Source of the DNA: an uncultured Chloroflexia bacterium
Lineage (GTDB): Bacteria > Chloroflexota > Dehalococcoidia > SZUA-161
Length of the DNA: 64,000 bases
Direction: 5' to 3'
NCBI GenBank assembly: GCA_963847595.1
Contig: CAWKAJ010000002.1
Coordinates: 77,068-141,067, forward strand
Positions 40,752 through 49,834 of this stretch are shown in pieces. The notes beneath the pieces are model-generated. The model ran no database searches and had not been told where the DNA came from. It saw nothing but the letters and a program-made list of their open reading frames with translations. Both the position numbers and the translations under genes were made by a program. How positions within the stretch are numbered: position 1 is the stretch's first letter; each line of letters begins with the position of its first letter.

Positions 40752-43277
40752 ATGAGCCTTGAGCTCCCTTCTGAAATAGTTGACATGTGTGTTATTTTGT
40801 GCGAGATTATCGACAGGGAATGTGAACATTCCAGGAATGAGGTCTATCGAATAAACTGCCGCCTCGTTCAGGGACTGAAGGGGGCAGATTTCCTACTTGC
40901 TCTGGATGCGCTTGCCTGGAGGGCGGGGATGCAGAAGCCGAAGCTAGGTGAGGGCGATATGAAGTGGGAGCTCAAACAGAGAGCCATTGAGGATGTCCTG
41001 GGCGCTACCGCCGATATCTACCACCGGGCCCTTGTGCAAGACAGGGCCTTCCTCCAACATCTACAAGCGAAGATGGCCTGGTCTGAAGAAACTATAAAGG
41101 AAGCCAAGCTAGGGCTGGCGCGGGGAACGGACCTGGCGGGGCATCTGGCTGCCCAGGGGTTCGATTTGAAGCTGGCAAAAGGGGCCGGGGTGGTGAAGCG
41201 GGACGGCAGGGCCTTCTTTGAGGGCAGGCTCGTAATACCCTATTTGGCTCAAGGCAGGGTGGTGTATATGTCAGGGTGGGCCCTGGAGGGTTCAAGCCTG
41301 CCCGAATGCCTGGGTCTCCCCGTGAGCAGATTGGTGCAGAGGGTGGCCTTTAATGCTGATGCCCTGCACGAGCAGGGGAAGCTGATCATCGTGGAGGGCT
41401 GGGCCAGCGCATTGACCCTGAAGCAGTGGGGCTACGATGTCGTCTCCCTGGGGGGGACGGCCTTATCCGGGGAGGAGCTCCGGCTCTTGAAAGGCCACGA
41501 CAGGATTTACCTTTGCTTCGACACTGGCCCCTTCGACAGGGCTGTGGCGGCGGCGAAGGGGATCGCAAGGCAAATGGGCATCGTGGCTCACCTGGTCGAG
41601 TTGCCGCAGGGCGCTAAAGACCCCCATGAATTTGCCCTCCAGGGCCATACCGGGGCTGAGTATGAGGAGCTATTGGAACGGGCGAGGTCCCTGCTTGACG
41701 TGATGCTGGAACGTGCTGCGGCCACCATAGGTGTGGAGCGAGGCAGCTACGAGAGAGATCTCTTCACCTGCATGCGCGGGCTAGGCGACCCCGATATCGA
41801 GCCCTATCGGCAGAAGGCGCTCCGGAGCCTGGGTATAAATGATCACGATTTCACGGTGTACCTTGTGGCGGCCAGGACTGGGGAAAGGATACCGCTGGAG
41901 GTCGCTACGCGGAACTTTGCCCCCGGCTCGTTCTTGGAGCTACACCCTGCCCTGGATTACTCGGCCCAGGTGGGGGTGCTCGCCGCAGCTTGGGATGAGG
42001 TCATTGGCAACAGGGCTGTTACCAGGCTCTATCTGATCACCAGCAACAGGGAGAAGCTGGAGTGGGACGGGCGCCCGCTCCAGCTCTATGGCAAACGCGT
42101 GATACTCCGGAGCGAGCCCAGGGCTCCCTATGAGAAGCGCTGGAGGGAGGCAGATATCGAGAGGTTCCTGGCGGGAGATGACCCGGATCCTGGCCAAACC
42201 TTCAATCGGTTGCTGGAAGCAGTGCAGCGTCACATAGGCTTCAAGGAGGCGACAAAGGCGGAGCTCCTGTCCATATGGTGCATGGGCAGCTATCTGTTCC
42301 CCCTTTTCGGCGCATATCCCTACTTGCATCTCTACGGCCCCCAGGGCTGGGCCAGGACGCAGACCATGGCGCTGGCGACCAGGGTGGCCTGCAACATGGT
42401 GCCCTCATCTGCCGTCGCACCCCGCAACATGTTCAGGTTGGTGCAGTACTCCCGCTGTGGCCTGGCTCTGGATGAGGTAGAGAACCTGAGGGGATCCCCA
42501 CACCAGGGTGCCCAGGACCTGCTCAGGTTCCTCAGGGCTGGATACAAGGAAGACGGGCGAGCCGAGGTATGGGAAGACGAGCCTGGCCAGGGATCACACC
42601 TCAGACTGCGCGAGGCCTATAGTCCCAAGATCGTTGCCAGCACAGGTGACATAGAGGATATCTTGGCTGGCAGGTGCATCCCCCTAGATATGCGGAGCAG
42701 CGAAGGTGCCGGCAGCAGCGGGCTCGAGCTTTCGGACGATGCCGAGGACTGGCCCGGCATCAGGCACGAACTCTACTGCTTTGCCCTGGGCCACTTCCAG
42801 GAGGTGAGGCGGCTATACCTCGATGACGCTGCCATCAATATTTCCCTGGAGAGGGACAATGAACTGTGGCTGCCCCTGCTCGCCGTGGCCAAATTCCTGG
42901 AGGAGCGCGGGGCCGACGGCGTGTGGGATAGAATGATGAGGTACGCCGTCGACGCGTGCGGCTCTGCCTCAGAGGGACTGACCCGGGAATTCGACGTTGC
43001 CCTGATCAGGGCACTGGAGTCCAAGCTGGGGAGGTCTCAAGTCGAAGCTGAATGGGTCTATGCCTCCAGCCTTGAATTGAAGGTTCGCGCCGCTACGGGG
43101 GGACGGTATTCCCGGCAGCAGGTGGCGCACCGGGTGGGAGCCAGGCTGAGGGAGCTGGGGTTCTTAAGCGAGCCCGGATCGAAGGAGTCGACACAAAGGA
43201 GTGTGAGGTACCTTATTCATCCCCAGGATGTGAGGGATGCCCGCGGTAGGTATGGACTCAAGTCGGTGCGGTTTTAG
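40752..43277 (+). CDS. Paralog of the primase-P-loop protein, with degenerate Walker A and no canonical zinc finger
   Basis: The protein is colinear with the 36057..38798 product from RAGMQKPKL onward (for example GRVVYMSGWALEG vs GRVVFMTGKALEK, and PYLHLYG...TQTM). The P-loop is GPQGWARTQT instead of GFKGTGKTQT. A Walker B-like LALDEVENL is retained. Confidence 0.6.
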   Translation: MSLELPSEIVDMCVILCEIIDRECEHSRNEVYRINCRLVQGLKGADFLLALDALAWRAGMQKPKLGEGDMKWELKQRAIEDVLGATADIYHRALVQDRAFLQHLQAKMAWSEETIKEAKLGLARGTDLAGHLAAQGFDLKLAKGAGVVKRDGRAFFEGRLVIPYLAQGRVVYMSGWALEGSSLPECLGLPVSRLVQRVAFNADALHEQGKLIIVEGWASALTLKQWGYDVVSLGGTALSGEELRLLKGHDRIYLCFDTGPFDRAVAAAKGIARQMGIVAHLVELPQGAKDPHEFALQGHTGAEYEELLERARSLLDVMLERAAATIGVERGSYERDLFTCMRGLGDPDIEPYRQKALRSLGINDHDFTVYLVAARTGERIPLEVATRNFAPGSFLELHPALDYSAQVGVLAAAWDEVIGNRAVTRLYLITSNREKLEWDGRPLQLYGKRVILRSEPRAPYEKRWREADIERFLAGDDPDPGQTFNRLLEAVQRHIGFKEATKAELLSIWCMGSYLFPLFGAYPYLHLYGPQGWARTQTMALATRVACNMVPSSAVAPRNMFRLVQYSRCGLALDEVENLRGSPHQGAQDLLRFLRAGYKEDGRAEVWEDEPGQGSHLRLREAYSPKIVASTGDIEDILAGRCIPLDMRSSEGAGSSGLELSDDAEDWPGIRHELYCFALGHFQEVRRLYLDDAAINISLERDNELWLPLLAVAKFLEERGADGVWDRMMRYAVDACGSASEGLTREFDVALIRALESKLGRSQVEAEWVYASSLELKVRAATGGRYSRQQVAHRVGARLRELGFLSEPGSKESTQRSVRYLIHPQDVRDARGRYGLKSVRF

Positions 43278-43361
43278 CCTAGGGGGGCGCTCTTGGCACA
43301 CGTAGACATAAGCTGTATAACGAAGCCGTAGGAATGATAGACAAATATACGGAGCATCGAT

Positions 43362-43568
43362 ATGTCAAAGATGACCGTCGTCATTGATGACAAGTTGCTG
43401 GACGAGGCGATGCGCGTGAGCGGAGCCAAGACTAAGAAACAGGCCATCGCCACCGGGCTCGAAGAGTTAATCCGCAGAAAGTACTTAGAAGATTTGCGCC
43501 AAGAATTGGGCACATTCGAACTCGCCCTTTCTTCAGGGGATCTGGAGAAGCTGAGGCACGAGCAGTAA
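43362..43568 (+). CDS. vapB: VapB-type antitoxin
   Basis: MSKMTVVIDDKLLDEAMRVSGAKTKKQAIATGLEELIRR is the typical VapB signature. Confidence 0.75.
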   Translation: MSKMTVVIDDKLLDEAMRVSGAKTKKQAIATGLEELIRRKYLEDLRQELGTFELALSSGDLEKLRHEQ

Positions 43569-43572
43569 TCTG

Positions 43573-43976
43573 GTGCTCATCGACACCTTGGTTTGGATTC
43601 TGGCTCTCGGGAAACCTCCACTGGCGAGATAAGGGATGAGGTAGCACACCTGCTGGCGGAGAACAGGGTAGCTATTGTCCCAGTGATACGTCTCGATCTA
43701 TTAGGGGGAACGAAACCACTGGATGATTTTAACCGCCTGCAGAGCCGCCTCAATGCCCTTCACCAGATGGCTGCAGATGAAGCCATCTGGGAGACAGCGA
43801 TTCAGCTTGCCTTCAGATTACGACAGGGAGGGAAGATGATCCTTTATACTGATTTACTCATTGCCTCGGCTGCCATCGTTAACAGCTGTACGCTTCTTCA
43901 CTGTGACAGGCACTTTGATCTGATGGCTGAGCATACCCGTTTGAACATGAGAAGCCTTGTTTCTATTGTAGGGTAA
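43573..43976 (+). pseudogene. vapC: VapC PIN-domain toxin gene interrupted by a frameshift
   Basis: A GTG start gives (M)LIDTLVWILALGKPPLAR*, in frame 1 with TAA at 43630-43632. The rest of the PIN domain (EIRDEVAHLLAENRVAIVPVIRLDLLGG...DLLIASAAIVNSCTLLHCDRHFD) runs in frame 0 through 43976. Confidence 0.55.
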
Positions 43977-44501
43977 CGGACCATCACAGAGTCTTCGTAG
44001 CTACCCCCAACCGGAATGGGCTCGAAGTCATTAACGAATGCCTGGAATCATTTTAAGAGGTAACCTACCCCAATCATAAGGTTCATGATGCCAATATGCC
44101 GTGTTCGCTGACCATGAGCAACCTGCGGAGTTTCTGCCAAGCCATACCTTCAAGGAATCGCATGCTCGGTGGGGTAACCCCCACCGTTAGGTATAAATAG
44201 GTGTGATCCTATCGCCTGGATCAATGCCATAATATACACCAGCCAAGTTACGAACATTTTTTGCCACCTCCTCGGCCTGAATGAGTGTTGGCTTCTGCCA
44301 CTACAACTCATTAGACTACGGTACGAGGAGCAATACATCAGCGAGATTCTTATTTTCTATAGAGAGAGGGCCGCTAGAAATAGTGACCTGAGTCGTTGGT
44401 TTCCTTTGGCTTACGATTGCGACCTCCCCGGGGTATCCGGCAGTAATGAAGTACTGTTCAAGCATGGTGGAAGATAACGGCTTTGTTACGCTAACGTTCT
44501 T

Positions 44502-44600
44502 GGTATTTGCCCAGAACTTCGCCGACGATACGCGCGCTCTTCTTATTAGGGACTGTTGTAGTGCAGTCCCATGTCGCTTAAGGCGCAAAGTATTCTGCGT
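44502..44600. repeat. Direct repeat DR-R: displaced, degenerate copy of gyrA codons 43-76 (partner 31815..31912)
   Basis: See DR-L. The copy carries a 1-nt insertion and substitutions, so it no longer encodes the GyrA segment. No gyrA start or upstream sequence follows it. Confidence 0.8.
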
Positions 44601-44651
44601 GCATCCGAATGAGATGACGTTACAAGGGGGGCGATGCTGGCCCTTTTGTCA

Positions 44652-46166
44652 TCACCAGAAATAGGGCGTGCCCAGCGCCCTGATATTTGCGATAAGTATC
44701 ATTATCTTGGCAAGGATTTCAGCTATTATCCTCCCAACACCAGTGCCTACGAGGGCGGTGATTGTTCGGTCAGCGTATTTGGTAGACCAGGCAATGAAGG
44801 TGTCCCAATTGGCCACAAAGCCACCCGGCGGTTGGTCAGGGACATCGCCCCCCGGCGTTCGCAACACCACGAAGCACAGTCTCGCTGTTTTAAAAGACTG
44901 GCCTTCCGGATTGGGCAGTGCGATCAGTCCTGAGGTCAGGATATAGAACTGGGTATCGTTACCAGTTATCCAGGTACCTGTGAAGGTGGATGACTCTCCT
45001 GTCACCTCTTGCCTGAGGTAGAACAGTGTTCTTACCCTGCTTCCGTACAGGTCAACTGGTACTATCTCAGGGGTAGCATTGCCTACCTGGAGTGTAAGGT
45101 TCCCCAACGCATGCACTGAGAAGCTCTGGGAACCATTGCCTCTTTCAACTTGTGTAGCATAGCCGACTAGTGTAGCAGAAGCGACATCTCCGTAGCTGGT
45201 GCACCAGCCCCACCCCTGAAGGTAAAGATGCACGGCGGTAGTGAAGTCGTAGTAGGTGCTATTGCCAGGGCTGACTGTGGTGTGGCCGTTAGTATCCGTC
45301 GAACTTACCTCATAGTAATACAAAGTAGCTGGGGCAAGTCCGGTCAGATTAACGAGATGGTTGGTGGTAAGATTGCCGCTGTATAGTGTAGAGCCCAGGG
45401 CGGTGCTGTTCCCATAGTTAACTGTGCTATCACTTGGCTGGTCGGTTGTCCAGGTTATGGTGGCTGAGGTGTCGGTTATGTTCCCAGCATTTACTCCTGA
45501 TATCATAACACCTGTTGTTAAGCTATAAAAAGCATCGTTGTTGTTATCTATCGTGACGTTACCGTATGGATTTGCTGAGCTTACCTCGAAATGATACAAG
45601 GTACTGGGAGTGAGTCCAGTCAAGATTATGGAGTGGTTCAAAACAAAACTGCTGTCATAAGCTGCTGAGTCCAACAGCAAGTCGGTGCCATAACTAACTG
45701 TGCTGTTGGCGAGACGGTCAGTCGACCAGGTTATGATTGCTGAATTATAGGTTATGTTCCCTACATTGACCCCTGAGATTGTGGGAGGGTATGGGTCTGT
45801 GGTGAAATTGCCTGTATCGCTAACTGCAGAGTTCCCAACAGAGTCCGTTGAGCTTACCTCATAATAATAAAGAGTGGCCAGATCGAGTCCGGTTAAAGTT
45901 ATGGTGTGGTTTCCGACAAACTCGCTGTCAGATACAATAGTGCCTAGATCAGTTGTATTACCGTAGTTTACAGTGCTATTGGCTAGCTCGTCGGTGGTCC
46001 AGGTGATGGTAGCCGTGGTTTCAGTTATGTTCCCCGAACTAACCCCCGATATCGCCAGCGGACTGGCTGAGGCCGGGGAAGCTATTAGCCACAACAGGAG
46101 TAATGCCACTATTGTGGCTATTGCCGGTTTATGCTCGCGCAGTCGAGCTTTCCCCCAGCCTTTCAT
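44652..46166 (-). CDS. Secreted surface protein with signal peptide, three tandem FN3/PAP-N-like repeats and an extreme density of N-x-S/T sequons
   Basis: Signal peptide (LLLLWLIASPASASP). The block TITWTTD...ANSTVNYGN.T.LG...L.GL.P.TLYYYEVSS.D is repeated three times. I count about 19 N-x-S/T sites in 504 aa. Confidence 0.7.
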   Translation of the reverse strand: MKGWGKARLREHKPAIATIVALLLLWLIASPASASPLAISGVSSGNITETTATITWTTDELANSTVNYGNTTDLGTIVSDSEFVGNHTITLTGLDLATLYYYEVSSTDSVGNSAVSDTGNFTTDPYPPTISGVNVGNITYNSAIITWSTDRLANSTVSYGTDLLLDSAAYDSSFVLNHSIILTGLTPSTLYHFEVSSANPYGNVTIDNNNDAFYSLTTGVMISGVNAGNITDTSATITWTTDQPSDSTVNYGNSTALGSTLYSGNLTTNHLVNLTGLAPATLYYYEVSSTDTNGHTTVSPGNSTYYDFTTAVHLYLQGWGWCTSYGDVASATLVGYATQVERGNGSQSFSVHALGNLTLQVGNATPEIVPVDLYGSRVRTLFYLRQEVTGESSTFTGTWITGNDTQFYILTSGLIALPNPEGQSFKTARLCFVVLRTPGGDVPDQPPGGFVANWDTFIAWSTKYADRTITALVGTGVGRIIAEILAKIMILIANIRALGTPYFW

Positions 46167-46365
46167 GTGCTCCCGTCCTTCTCAATTCGCCAGCAAGGAA
46201 TTGCTCGGCATTTATGTCAATTGCCTACTCACCGAGCCTCAAGGTAAGGATACCACGAAGTGTAGCAGAAAGAACGTATATGGTCAAGTTATGTAATATG
46301 GGAGCGTTTTTGAGCCCTTCCCACGTTTTATTTCCAGTTCATCGGCGTGGGCTATTGCGCAGACG

Positions 46366-46629
46366 TTAGCCCGAGTGATGCTGCATGATGTTCGCAAGGG
46401 CACTAAGGATACCGCCGAAGTTCTGCAGCAGAGGGCCGAGATGGTTAATCAAAGGTGCGAAGGCCAGGTTGAATACCATTGTTGAGCCACTGGCTGCTCC
46501 GAACCCTGAATAAGGACTGTTGAGGATGTCTTGTGCGTTCATCCCGAGGCGTGTGCCGGTCTCCATAAGTATGGTGCCAAGTGTACTCAGATAGCCTATG
46601 ATTGATTCTAACACCTGTTCCACCCCCAT
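46366..46629 (-). CDS. Small hydrophobic protein, member B of a 4-member local paralog family
   Basis: 87 aa (MGVEQVLESII...PLINHLGPLLQNFGGILSALANIM). It shares the N-terminal MG(I/V)LE..(D/E)Q/S and C-terminal N.LG...L..FL..L pattern with the ORFs at 47128, 48653 and 49835. Confidence 0.45.
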   Translation of the reverse strand: MGVEQVLESIIGYLSTLGTILMETGTRLGMNAQDILNSPYSGFGAASGSTMVFNLAFAPLINHLGPLLQNFGGILSALANIMQHHSG

Positions 46630-46989
46630 TTCCCTGTAAGTTTGGTTTTTTGCCTCACCAAATCATTTAACTATGCTTGGAGGCCTGACACATCATGGGG
46701 ACTCTCATTTTATGTAGTAGGGATGGCTCTGGAAAAAGTGTTACCTAGTTACGAGTTTGCCTTGGCCACGGTTCGTGGTTTTACGCAGTGGGGGTGAACT
46801 AAGGTACTCTCTGAGAAATGGCTCTCTGGTGCTTGTTCAAGGATGAAGGGAAAATAGAAGAAGCTTTGATTTGAGGTGGGCGTATCGGTAGGTGCGAAAA
46901 TCCGCAGTTTCCGGTTCGGCTTTGTAACTTTCAGGGTGCCATTATGATAGGTTAGCTTTGGATCCGGTGCCGATTAGCCGTCTTTGAAT

Positions 46990-47022
46990 AAAGGAAAGGG
47001 GGAGACTCTCCCCCTTTCCTTT
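46990..47022 (-). terminator. Perfect hairpin ~105 nt downstream of the small gene 47128..47343
   Basis: aaaggaaaggggga-gactc-tccccctttccttt. The minus-strand continuation (attcaaaga) is only weakly T-rich. A homologous hairpin is at 49693..49723. Confidence 0.4.
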
Positions 47023-47127
47023 ATCGTACTGAAGCTTCAAGGACACTTCGAGCCGTAACCTATTGAAGTGGCGCGAACCTTGCTCGCAAAATTAGAACTT
47101 GCCCAGCCGAGTATCCGGGCTCACCGC

Positions 47128-47343
47128 CTAGAGAGCACTCAGGAAGTTAGCTAATCCAGTGCAAATGGCGCCCAGATTAGTGACCCAAGGCATAACAAAA
47201 CCTGTGAGAGCCGCGGTGGACAATGGCATAGGTCCCCCATACTGAGCAGGCATGTTGACCGTAAGGCTCAGCAAGGTACCCATCTGGGCCAAGGACGGTG
47301 AAAATGCCGCGGCCAATTGGTCAAGACTTTCAAGTATACCCAT
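47128..47343 (-). CDS. Small hydrophobic protein A1 (paralog family)
   Basis: 71 aa with a strong SD (AAAGGAGGTGAGAAC-N-ATG). It is ~70% identical to the 49835..50047 product and lies within a ~380-bp duplicated module. Confidence 0.55.
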   Translation of the reverse strand: MGILESLDQLAAAFSPSLAQMGTLLSLTVNMPAQYGGPMPLSTAALTGFVMPWVTNLGAICTGLANFLSAL

Positions 47344-47590
47344 TAGTTCTCACCTCCTTTCTTTAGGTTGCGGCTTCCTTAGTGAGAGAGCCTTTTGATG
47401 AGAAGTGTAACGTGACAGAAGATGGGCAACAATCACCTTTACGTCCTATTCAGTAGTGTACTATAGTCCTCCCCGGCGAAGGCGGTCTGGATGTGAAACC
47501 ACTATTAGGGGTCGGTCAATGACGGCGTGTGGAGTAAAACGAAGGAGCCTTTAAGCGGAAATTACGAGGGGAATTAGCCGCCTTTCAGGG

Positions 47591-48520
47591 CTACTGGGGG
47601 AGCTTCCATCTGGCTATCACAGGAGGGTTGCTCATGCTATCAAGAAGGTAGGAAACTTCCATCCCTGAAGCTGATATTGGCACTATCCATAGGATGTTGC
47701 CGGTGACTGTTACCTTGGGCGACAGACTAGCATTTGGGTACGGGCTGCTAAAGCTGTAGTCCCCGTACGTTTCGTCATTGTATGAATGCCCTGCGGAGTC
47801 GGTGAGCAAGAAATACGATGGTCCTGTCAAGAAAGAAGTGTTGCTGATGTTCTTGCATGTCACCGTTATGAATATGAAGGCCTTTCCGGGAGGCGCCTTG
47901 ACGGTCTCGCCGAATGAACTGCTGTACGAGGTCTTTTCTTCTGCTAAGGAGACTGTAATGTTTCCGCCCCCTGTTGCCAATATGTTTTCCCCTATGTCAA
48001 AATACTTAACAACAGCATTGGCGGGCATCGGAACTGGCGTAGAGAGAGGCACTGATGTTGTTGGTTTGGAGACGCATGAGTAGATGCCCCAGGAAGGCAA
48101 CCCAATAACTAACAGGAGAGATGTTATAAGGATTACCCTTCCCCAAATACAAAGGCCGGTTGGCCGAGGACGGTCTTCTGCCGATGGCTCTTGCGGGGGG
48201 TTTTGCCTTGCCTTTGGTTTGAGCTCTGGCTTTGGTTGTGTTATTGCGTTGGGTTGTGGTGTTGGTACCAGTTTGGGCTGTAGCTGCGGCGCTGGCTTAG
48301 ATTGTGATAATGGTTTTGGCTCTAGGGTCGGTTGGGGTGGGGGTGGAGGTTTTGGTGTAGAAGGTGTTCCAAATGGCAGGAATGCATCACAGGATCTGGT
48401 ATCGGCTCTAACCTGCATTCTATATTTAACGCCTGCATGTTTCGCAGTAGTACAATTGAAAAACTTATCGCCTTTTTTCGGCTTGAAGTTTTGACACTTG
48501 CCGCAGATGTTGCTACTCAT
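47591..48520 (-). CDS. Membrane-anchored secreted protein: N-terminal zinc-ribbon, Pro-rich linker, TM helix, C-terminal DUF4352-like beta domain
   Basis: CGKCQNF...C...C, then PKPPPPPQPTLEPKP... repeats, a TM helix (ILITSLLLVIGL), and a C-terminal domain with NIT/NIS/NTS/NAS sequons. Confidence 0.55.
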   Translation of the reverse strand: MSSNICGKCQNFKPKKGDKFFNCTTAKHAGVKYRMQVRADTRSCDAFLPFGTPSTPKPPPPPQPTLEPKPLSQSKPAPQLQPKLVPTPQPNAITQPKPELKPKARQNPPQEPSAEDRPRPTGLCIWGRVILITSLLLVIGLPSWGIYSCVSKPTTSVPLSTPVPMPANAVVKYFDIGENILATGGGNITVSLAEEKTSYSSSFGETVKAPPGKAFIFITVTCKNISNTSFLTGPSYFLLTDSAGHSYNDETYGDYSFSSPYPNASLSPKVTVTGNILWIVPISASGMEVSYLLDSMSNPPVIARWKLPQ

Positions 48521-48652
48521 GACCTGCTGCTTACGGGCTGGATCATAGCATTATTGCTTAAAGAGCTTAAGTCATCTATGGGTTGCCCCATATTGTCAAC
48601 ACGCAGTTTCTCTCACGAATTAAGCGGCTGACGTAGATACTTTGGGGGTTGG

Positions 48653-48847
48653 CTAAGATATTGGATTATGCGTCGCTATATTCGCCAGGAACTGCGCCAA
48701 GGATACTGCATCATGTGCCAGACCATTGACAAGGTGAGAACCCATGGGCGTCAGCGGCTGGGAAGGCCCTAGGGTCACTAAACCACTGAGGGAGTTGTTG
48801 ACTACGTTCAGCGCGCTTACTATGAGACTCGCCATGGAATGTGGCAT
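48653..48847 (-). CDS. Small hydrophobic protein, member C of the paralog family
   Basis: Start chosen at MPHSMASLIV (64 aa), preceded by AAGGAAAG. The C-terminal LVNGLAHDAVSLAQFLANIA fits the family pattern. The longer ORF annotation starts at 48895. Confidence 0.45.
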   Translation of the reverse strand: MPHSMASLIVSALNVVNNSLSGLVTLGPSQPLTPMGSHLVNGLAHDAVSLAQFLANIATHNPIS

Positions 48848-49066
48848 GATAGTCTTTCCTTTAATAATATCAGGGTAATACACATAGCATAACACGATTA
48901 TGAGAATTGTTCAACGCAAGTATTGCCTCCCCTTATCAAATAGCTAGAACAAACTCCAAAATTGGGAGCTAAAGTTAATATGATGATAGATTAGTAAACA
49001 ATCGGAGTCTCTTTTGCTCTGCGGAATGCCGCCTGATAGCTAATCCGTTTTGTGCTGGTTCGATTA

Positions 49067-49642
49067 CTAGGGGATCTGCCACACGCCCCGCACAGGCGTC
49101 GAACCCTGCAAAAGGCAGGAGAGCTCAAGGCCCGTAGCCGTTGCAAGCGGGTTAAACGCGATGTAACCATAGGCGCTCTGGCCGGTAGCAAGTTTCCGGC
49201 TGGGATAGGGGTTAACTCCCGGGTAGCCGATGCAAGGCCACACACGACCTTGTGCGTCCTTCATGCTGAAATCCTTGTAGGATATGGCCAACGAGCTGCT
49301 CTGCCCCACATTGGTGACTGAGAGTTCTACGACTACCAATATGGTGCCAGGTGCTGCTATTTCGAAGGTTTTGAAAAGCCGACCCAGTCCTACGGGTGTC
49401 TTAATCTCGCTCACTCTCTGAGTGGAGATGACGGTAAGTACTTCCCGCGAGGTCTCCGCGGGTTGCCCTATCTGGTAGTAGACGTTCATAGCAGGTGGAG
49501 GCTTGCTGCCGCCACAACCCGACCCCGAGGCGAGCATCAGGGCCAGGATACCTGTAAGCACTATCGCTGGGAGGATTACTCTTGTGACGCGCCCTATCAA
49601 CGCAGAAGAAACCATTTTTGTGGCTTTATCCTTCTTAGCCAA
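49067..49642 (-). CDS. Lipoprotein with DUF4352-like domain
   Basis: The signal peptide has a lipobox (LASGSGC). A beta-rich domain follows (ILVVVELSVTNVGQSS...YGYIAFN), similar to the C-terminal domain of the 47591..48520 product. Confidence 0.6.
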   Translation of the reverse strand: MAKKDKATKMVSSALIGRVTRVILPAIVLTGILALMLASGSGCGGSKPPPAMNVYYQIGQPAETSREVLTVISTQRVSEIKTPVGLGRLFKTFEIAAPGTILVVVELSVTNVGQSSSLAISYKDFSMKDAQGRVWPCIGYPGVNPYPSRKLATGQSAYGYIAFNPLATATGLELSCLLQGSTPVRGVWQIP

Positions 49643-49692
49643 TATTATAACAGATTTATTTCAAAGCCTTAGTACCATTGCCGCGCTAAGTT

Positions 49693-49723
49693 AAAGAAGG
49701 GGAGGATAATCCTCCCCTTCTTT
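49693..49723 (-). terminator. Hairpin ~110 nt downstream of small gene 49835..50047
   Basis: aaagaaggggagga-taat-cctccccttcttt. It is homologous in position and sequence context to the hairpin at 46990..47022. Confidence 0.4.
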
Positions 49724-49834
49724 ACCGTCTCTCTGAAGCTCCAAGGACGCTTCAGTGCAACACATATTACTAAAATCGCGCGAACCTCGTTCGCAAAAAT
49801 TATAACCTGCTCAGCCGATTGTCCCGGCACACGC

